Shown here: piece by piece, positions 58,326 to 64,000 of the stretch
Numbering within the stretch: position 1 is the stretch's first letter
Layout: each line of letters opens with the position of its first letter
NCBI GenBank assembly: GCA_965215505.1
Contig: OZ244065.1
Coordinates: 384,001 to 448,000, forward strand
Direction: 5' to 3'
DNA: 64,000 bases
Origin: Capsulimonadaceae bacterium
GTDB taxonomy: Bacteria; Armatimonadota; Armatimonadia; Armatimonadales; Capsulimonadaceae
Translations under genes and position numbers: made by a program
Notes under the pieces: generated by a model
Databases searched by the model: none
What the model saw: only the letters and a program-made list of their open reading frames with translations
Told to the model about the DNA's origin: nothing

Positions 58326-59303
58326 ATGATCATCACGCAGACACCCCTCCGCATCTCCTTCGCGGGCGGCGGCACCGATTTCCAGGGGTACTACGCCCAG
58401 GGCGGCGGCGCGGTCGTCTCCTCCGCCATCGACAAGTACATCTATGTCGTCATCAAGGAGCGGTTCGACGGCAACATCCGCGTCGGCTATACCCGCACGG
58501 AGATGGCGGAACGGGTGGACGAGATCGAACACGAGCTGGTGCGCGAGTGCCTGCGCCTGACCGGGATCGAGGGCGGCGTCGAGATCGCGACCATGGCAGA
58601 CATCCCTTCCGAGGGCAGCGGTCTAGGATCGTCCAGCACCGTCACCGTGGGCCTCCTCAACGCCATGTACGCCTACCAGGGCGTCCTCGTCACGGCGGAA
58701 ACTCTTGCCGCCCAGGCCTGCCGGATAGAAATCGAAATTTTGGGCAAGCCCATCGGCAAGCAGGACCAGTACATCGCCGCCTATGGCAACCTGCGCCGGT
58801 TCACGTTCAACCCGGACGAGACGGTGACGGCGCAGACGGTATGCCTGACCGAAGAAAAGCGGCGTCGTTTCGGGGAAAGCCTGATGCTGTTCTACACCGG
58901 CATCACCCGGCAGGCAGGCACGATCTTGAGCGAGCAAAAAGCCAACATCGAGGACAAGCGAGTCTGGCTGGACCGAATCAAGGGCCAGGTCGGCGAGGTC
59001 GAGGCCGCCCTCCTGGACGGCAACCATAACAAGGTCGGGCGGCTGATGCAGACCGGCTGGGAATGGAAAAAGCAGATGTCCGGCCGCATCAGCAGTCCCG
59101 ACATAGACGCCCTCTACGAGCGCGCCCTGGACGCGGGGGCGACCGGCGGCAAGATCGCGGGCGCGGGCGGCGGCGGTTTCCTGCTGCTCTACTGCCCCCC
59201 CGACCGCCAGCCCGCCGTCCGCGAGGTGCTGTCGGGGATGCGCGAGATGCCCTTCAGCCTGGAGCGCGACGGCAGCAAGGTCATCTTCAACGCCCGCCGC
59301 TGA
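58326..59303 (+). CDS. hddA: GHMP kinase, D-glycero-alpha-D-manno-heptose-7-phosphate kinase-like
   Basis: TPLRISFAGGGTD, GSGLGSSS, GKQDQY and GGKIAGAGGGGF motifs. Confidence 0.8.
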   Translation: MIITQTPLRISFAGGGTDFQGYYAQGGGAVVSSAIDKYIYVVIKERFDGNIRVGYTRTEMAERVDEIEHELVRECLRLTGIEGGVEIATMADIPSEGSGLGSSSTVTVGLLNAMYAYQGVLVTAETLAAQACRIEIEILGKPIGKQDQYIAAYGNLRRFTFNPDETVTAQTVCLTEEKRRRFGESLMLFYTGITRQAGTILSEQKANIEDKRVWLDRIKGQVGEVEAALLDGNHNKVGRLMQTGWEWKKQMSGRISSPDIDALYERALDAGATGGKIAGAGGGGFLLLYCPPDRQPAVREVLSGMREMPFSLERDGSKVIFNARR

Positions 59304-59340
59304 CGTTCCTGCCCTGACGTCGTAGTGGAAGGACCCCTTC

Positions 59341-62300
59341 ATGGATGTGCCTCGAATTTCCCGGCGCGAACTGCTGGTGCTGGCAGGGGCCACGAGCGTC
59401 TCCGGCCTGCTGGCCGGGCGAAACCGGGCTGAGGGACGACCCATCCTACCTGGCAGGGACAAAGGGCCGGACTTGCAGAGGGCCATGATCTGGACCTCCG
59501 GCCCCTCCCCGGTGAACACCCACTTCGTGGCGTTCCGAAAGCAGTTCACGCTGCCGGATGCGCCCCGCGAGGCCCTGCTCTCCCTGTTCGCGGATGTCCG
59601 CTACCTGCTCTGGATCAACGGCAGGCATGTCACACGCGGGCCGGCGCGGTTCCAGGCGGAGGGGCCGGAATACGACACGGTTCCGGTCGGGCCGTTTTTG
59701 ATGGCCGGTCCCAACACCTTCGCTGTCCTGGTCATGGCGAACGCCAGTAACGGCAAAATGATGCGCCACGTTCCGGGCCTGACCGCGCGCCTGGACATTA
59801 CAGGTCTTCAGGGGACACAAACGGTCGTCTCGACGGATGAAACCTGGAAGTGGAGCGGACAAACGCGCTACCGGGAACCCCACGTTGATTGGGGGAACGC
59901 GATGGACGTCATTGACTCGACGGTGGAAGACGGGGATTGGACCCAGCCCGAGTATCAGGATAGGCTGTGGGAAAACGCGGTCAAGATCGCCGGTTCCCAG
60001 TGGGGGCCTCTTTCCGCCCGCCGCATTCCGATGCTCAAAGAGACGCCGCTGACCGTCAGGCTGAACGACCGGGACTTCCCGGTCACCCTCTCGGCGGGGC
60101 AGCAGGCCGAGTTCAAGACGGACCATCTGGTCCAGGCCTACACCGCGCTCGATTTCGAGGCGGACCCGGACACCAGCTTCGAGCTGTCCTATGCCCACAT
60201 CTCCTACAAGGCCAGGGCCGGTCGGCAGTTCTACCTTTCCACCGACACGCACGGCTTCAAAGACGGCACGATCAGGGTGACTTCGGGCAGGATCACCATC
60301 CACTCCTTCGTTCCGGTCGAGCGGATCTACCCGTTCGAATGTGTCGGCAGCTTTCACAGCAGCGATCCGCTCCTCGACAAGCTCTGGAGCCTGTGCGCGC
60401 GGTCCCTCCAGGTCATGAGCGAAGACTCCTACGTTGACTGCGCCGACCGGGAGCGCACCGAATGGATGGACGACACTCCGCCCTGTTATGACGTCACGGC
60501 GACGGCGATGGCCGGCCCCGGCCCGAACGGCGCGAAGGTCTATGGCGACCCGCGCCTGCTGGAAGAGCTGCTGCGGCGCACGGCGCTGACTCTCCAGCCG
60601 GGCGGGTGGGTGAAGGCGCACACCTGCTCGGACCGTTTCGACATCCACGCCAAAATGGAGGACCGCGCCTGCGACTGGGTGGAAGGGGCGCGGCTCTACT
60701 ATGAGGGTACGGGCAGCGCCGCGCCCCTGCGCGAGATCTGGCCTGCCATCGTCGCGCAGATGGATTACTTCCTGGAGCGCCGCAGCCCGCGCGGCCTGGT
60801 CATCGGCCGGGAATGGGTCATGTGGGCGAACCCGATGGGGTATGAAACGGGCGAGGGGGCGGGGCTGAACGCCTTCGTCTACAAGGCCCTCGCCGACGCG
60901 GCGTTTCTCGCCAGGGTCCTCGGCAAGACCGGGGATGCCGCGCGGTTTGCTCAGGCCGCAAAGGACCTGTCCGCCGCCTTCAACCGGGTGCTTTGGGACG
61001 AGGAGGCCGGGACCTACTATTCCGGCTACGACACGGACGCCGCCGATCTGCCGCCCGGAGTCCTCAAGGGCAAGATCGGTTTACAGGCGGATTGGAACCT
61101 CCCGCCCAAACCGCCCACTCTGGCCGACAATCGCATCGCCCCCACGGTCTACCCCGCCCTCATCGCCCTGGACCAGGGGATCGTTCCGGCGGCGCGGCGG
61201 GAGCGGGTCATGAGGTATCTCCTGGCTCATCCCGATCCGAACCCACGGATCATGTTCTATTACTACTACTGGAAACAGCTCTACGCCGCAGATCAGCCTG
61301 ACCTGGACAAGCACATCCTGGAAACCATGCGCCGGAAATGGAAGGCCATGGCGGACTCCCCCTGGCAGACCAGCTTCGAAGACTTCCACGTCGGGTCGCA
61401 GGCGCACTGCTATGGCCTGTTCCCCGGCTATTTCCTGAGCGCCCATGTCCTGGGTGTCCGCCGGGACAGGCCGGTCTGGGAGCGTCACCTGCTCATCGAG
61501 CCGCATCTGGGGGATTTGATGTCCGCCGGGGGGACGGTGGTCACGGAGTTCGGGCCTGTCCCGGTGACATGGAAAATCGGGACGGGGACCCTGGACTTCC
61601 ATTTTGTCGTCCCCGACGGGGTGACGGCGACGGTCAGACTGCCCCAGATCGGGGCGGGGCCGCGTCTCACGATGAACGGGAAAACGATCCCGGCAGCCGC
61701 GCAAGGCGGCCGTTGCGTGCTGACACTGGGCGCGGGGCCGCACACGGGGCGCGTCACCTTCACGCCGCTTCCCTCCCCACCGCCCGCCCCCGATCCGATC
61801 ACGGCGTGGACGAGCGACTCGTCGCAGGCGGCGTTCGAGGCCGATCTGGCGAAGGGCAGTCTGGTCGCCCTGGGCGCGAGTGCCTGCATGTCCGCCTCGG
61901 AGGTCGGGGCCGCAGACGCAGGCGGCGGCGTGAACGCCGACCCCCTCCGCAACGGCACGACCCTCAACGGATCAGGCCGGCCGGAGACACAGAACGACGG
62001 CAAGACCTTCCGAGGCTACGGGGCCGGCAGCTCGGTCACCTTCCGACTCGACACGGCGAGCAGCCCGAACGGCTATGATGTTTCGCAGATAAGGACGTTC
62101 GCCGGCCATGAGGACGGCCGGGCCAGCCAGAGTTACTCGGTTTCGGTGTCTCACCACTCCGACCCGGCGAGGTTCACGCTCCTGGTCCCTTCCGCCTCCG
62201 TGGACTGCCAGGGAGGCTCGTCAGAGATCGTCATCCGGGACCTGCGCGGCGGCGTCATCGCCAACGGCCCCGCCGCCAACGCGAGCGGTGTGGCGGCGGT

Positions 62301-62385
62301 CCGCTTTGACTTCCGAGACGGCCCCTTGGGCTTCAACGTGTACCGGGAGATACAGGTCGTCGGCCGGCCGACCGCCGCGAAATAG
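59341..62385 (+). CDS. GH78 alpha-L-rhamnosidase-like protein, Tat-exported, with extra C-terminal domain
   Basis: SRRELL Tat-like signal; FADVRYLLWING, DSYVDCADRER, TSFE, SQAH and IEPHLGDL...VVTEFG motifs. Confidence 0.8.
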   Translation: MDVPRISRRELLVLAGATSVSGLLAGRNRAEGRPILPGRDKGPDLQRAMIWTSGPSPVNTHFVAFRKQFTLPDAPREALLSLFADVRYLLWINGRHVTRGPARFQAEGPEYDTVPVGPFLMAGPNTFAVLVMANASNGKMMRHVPGLTARLDITGLQGTQTVVSTDETWKWSGQTRYREPHVDWGNAMDVIDSTVEDGDWTQPEYQDRLWENAVKIAGSQWGPLSARRIPMLKETPLTVRLNDRDFPVTLSAGQQAEFKTDHLVQAYTALDFEADPDTSFELSYAHISYKARAGRQFYLSTDTHGFKDGTIRVTSGRITIHSFVPVERIYPFECVGSFHSSDPLLDKLWSLCARSLQVMSEDSYVDCADRERTEWMDDTPPCYDVTATAMAGPGPNGAKVYGDPRLLEELLRRTALTLQPGGWVKAHTCSDRFDIHAKMEDRACDWVEGARLYYEGTGSAAPLREIWPAIVAQMDYFLERRSPRGLVIGREWVMWANPMGYETGEGAGLNAFVYKALADAAFLARVLGKTGDAARFAQAAKDLSAAFNRVLWDEEAGTYYSGYDTDAADLPPGVLKGKIGLQADWNLPPKPPTLADNRIAPTVYPALIALDQGIVPAARRERVMRYLLAHPDPNPRIMFYYYYWKQLYAADQPDLDKHILETMRRKWKAMADSPWQTSFEDFHVGSQAHCYGLFPGYFLSAHVLGVRRDRPVWERHLLIEPHLGDLMSAGGTVVTEFGPVPVTWKIGTGTLDFHFVVPDGVTATVRLPQIGAGPRLTMNGKTIPAAAQGGRCVLTLGAGPHTGRVTFTPLPSPPPAPDPITAWTSDSSQAAFEADLAKGSLVALGASACMSASEVGAADAGGGVNADPLRNGTTLNGSGRPETQNDGKTFRGYGAGSSVTFRLDTASSPNGYDVSQIRTFAGHEDGRASQSYSVSVSHHSDPARFTLLVPSASVDCQGGSSEIVIRDLRGGVIANGPAANASGVAAVRFDFRDGPLGFNVYREIQVVGRPTAAK

Positions 62386-62414
62386 AGGCGGAGCGGGAAA
62401 TAGAGGCGGAGCGG
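62379..62414. repeat. tandem direct repeat, 2 x 18 bp (GAAATAGAGGCGGAGCGG)
   Basis: Exact duplication spanning the GH78 stop codon. Confidence 0.85.
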
Positions 62415-62448
62415 TGGTTCGGGTTGAAGCGGGGTATACTGACTGCAT

Positions 62449-63744
62449 ATGGCCCACACTTCAACCACCACCTACAACACCTCCCAGGAGGAGCGCGCCC
62501 TGGTCGTCTCGCTGTCGCTTGCGGGCGGCGAGGACGACATGGAGATGCGCCTGTCCGAGCTGCGCGAGCTGGCGATGACGGCGGGCGCGCGCGTCGTCGG
62601 CGAATTCTCGCAGTCCCGGCGCGCGCCGGACATGGCGACCTACATCGGGCCGGGCAAGGTCGAAGACCTCAAAGGCGAGCTGGCCGCGACCGACGCCGAG
62701 CTGGTCATCTTCGACGACGAGCTTTCCCCCACCCAGCAGCGGAACCTGACGACCGCCCTGGACCGGCGCGTCCTGGACCGGACGCAGCTCATCCTGGACA
62801 TCTTCGCCCAGCGCGCCCGGACGCGCGAGGGCAAGATGCAGGTGGAGCTGGCCCAGCTCAACTACCTCCTGCCGCGCCTCTCGTCACTCTACACCAAGTT
62901 CGAGCGCCAGCAGGGAGGCATCGGCGGGCGCGGTCCGGGCGAGACGAAGCTTGAAAGCGACCGCCGCCGCGTCAAGGAGCGCATCACCGCCCTGGGGCAC
63001 GAGATCGACGAGATCAAGGACCAGCGCGCCCAGCAGCGGCAGTTCCGCCACAAGCTGCCCTTCCCGACCTGCGCCCTCGTCGGCTACACCTCGGCGGGCA
63101 AGAGTACCCTGCTGAACCTCCTATCCGGGGCCGAAGTGCTGGCCGACCGGATGCTCTTCTCCACCCTCGACCCGACCACACGCCGGGTCGTCCTGCCGCA
63201 CGGCGGCTGGTCCGTCCTGATGACCGACACGGTGGGCTTCATCCGCAACCTGCCGCACCACCTCGTCGTCTCGTTCCGGGCCACCCTGGAAGAGGTCATC
63301 CAGGCCGACTTCCTGATTCACGTCGTGGACACCAGCCACCCGGAGCGTGACCGGCAGATGCGCGCCGTCAATGAGGTTTTGGCCGAGCTGGGCGCGGCGG
63401 ACAAGCCCATCATCACCGCCTTCAACAAGGCCGACACGGTGAAGGACCTCTACGTCTTGCAGGAGCTGGTCGCCTCGGTCCCCAACTCGTGCTACCTCTC
63501 CGCCCTGCGGCGCGACGGCATCCCCTTCCTGATGGACCGCATGGAGGCGACCCTCCAGACCCTCCTGGCGACCGTCACCCTGGTGCTGCCCTACGACCGC
63601 AGCGACGTGGTCGCCCAGTGCTACGAGATGGGCCGCGTGCATTCGGTGGACTACGGCCCGGAAACCATCACCGTCCGCGCCGACATCGCCAAAGAACTGG
63701 CGGGCCGCCTGGTCCAGTACACGCCCGGCTACATCCCGGACTGA
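62449..63744 (+). CDS. hflX: GTPase HflX
   Basis: LILDIFAQRA, GPGETKLESDRR, GYTSAGKST, LFSTLDPT, DTVGFI and NKAD motifs. Confidence 0.97.
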   Translation: MAHTSTTTYNTSQEERALVVSLSLAGGEDDMEMRLSELRELAMTAGARVVGEFSQSRRAPDMATYIGPGKVEDLKGELAATDAELVIFDDELSPTQQRNLTTALDRRVLDRTQLILDIFAQRARTREGKMQVELAQLNYLLPRLSSLYTKFERQQGGIGGRGPGETKLESDRRRVKERITALGHEIDEIKDQRAQQRQFRHKLPFPTCALVGYTSAGKSTLLNLLSGAEVLADRMLFSTLDPTTRRVVLPHGGWSVLMTDTVGFIRNLPHHLVVSFRATLEEVIQADFLIHVVDTSHPERDRQMRAVNEVLAELGAADKPIITAFNKADTVKDLYVLQELVASVPNSCYLSALRRDGIPFLMDRMEATLQTLLATVTLVLPYDRSDVVAQCYEMGRVHSVDYGPETITVRADIAKELAGRLVQYTPGYIPD

Positions 63745-63762
63745 GCCTGATAGGAGGAACGC

Positions 63763-64000
63763 ATGAGCCGCCTCACATGGACTTGCCTCCTTGCTCTGCT
63801 CTGCCTGCCGTTCGGCTGCTGGGCGCGCACAAGCCCGCCGCTCGGGGTCGCCCGAACCCTGGAAGCCGGCGTGACGGAGTACGAGGTGGCCCTGCCGAGC
63901 GGCACTTCAGCGGAACACCTATGGATCTACCTGCCAGCCCATCGCGCGAAGGCGAAGCTGCCCTGTCTGTTCATCGCGGCGGCGGGGACCCGGCTGTTCC
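63763..64000 (+). CDS. secreted protein, partial; possibly alpha/beta hydrolase
   Basis: AGGAGG RBS; MSRLTWTCLLALL signal; LWIYLP...KLPCLFIAAAG; runs off the window end. Confidence 0.6.
   Translation, partial: MSRLTWTCLLALLCLPFGCWARTSPPLGVARTLEAGVTEYEVALPSGTSAEHLWIYLPAHRAKAKLPCLFIAAAGTRLF

Overview
High-GC bacterial chromosomal window with about 60 genes. It mixes Terrabacteria-type genes (GerMN-murI-rph-rdgB, YtxG/YtxH/KGG stress genes, YycJ-like MBL, pdp) with PVC-type genes (DUF1592/DUF1552 pair, membrane-extended ECF sigma) and a PEP-CTERM protein. That mix suggests an Armatimonadota-like soil bacterium, which is inference only. Core genes: acs, sucC, sucD, pdp, adk-like, ssrA (tmRNA), amidase, murI, rph, rdgB, ridA, hddA-like kinase, hflX. 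Accessory content: one complete IS630 element that interrupts a small ORF, three REP/REPIN-like inverted-repeat elements, four Uma2 nucleases, toxin-antitoxin-like genes and debris, a low-GC HsdR_N nuclease, three CAZymes (GH26, GH13, GH78-like) and a soluble receiver-TrxB / cNMP-kinase / zf-UBP module. Notable patterns: sucC and sucD are split by six coupled genes; a deletion scar joins two 5'-truncated divergent genes; several genes look leaderless; a SigB-like promoter precedes the stress cluster; two tandem HTH-like/TM/TPR proteins occur; a sodium:solute symporter carries three indels. No CRISPR array, rRNA or tRNA was seen. I found no unambiguous new system, so the candidates are ranked under findings.
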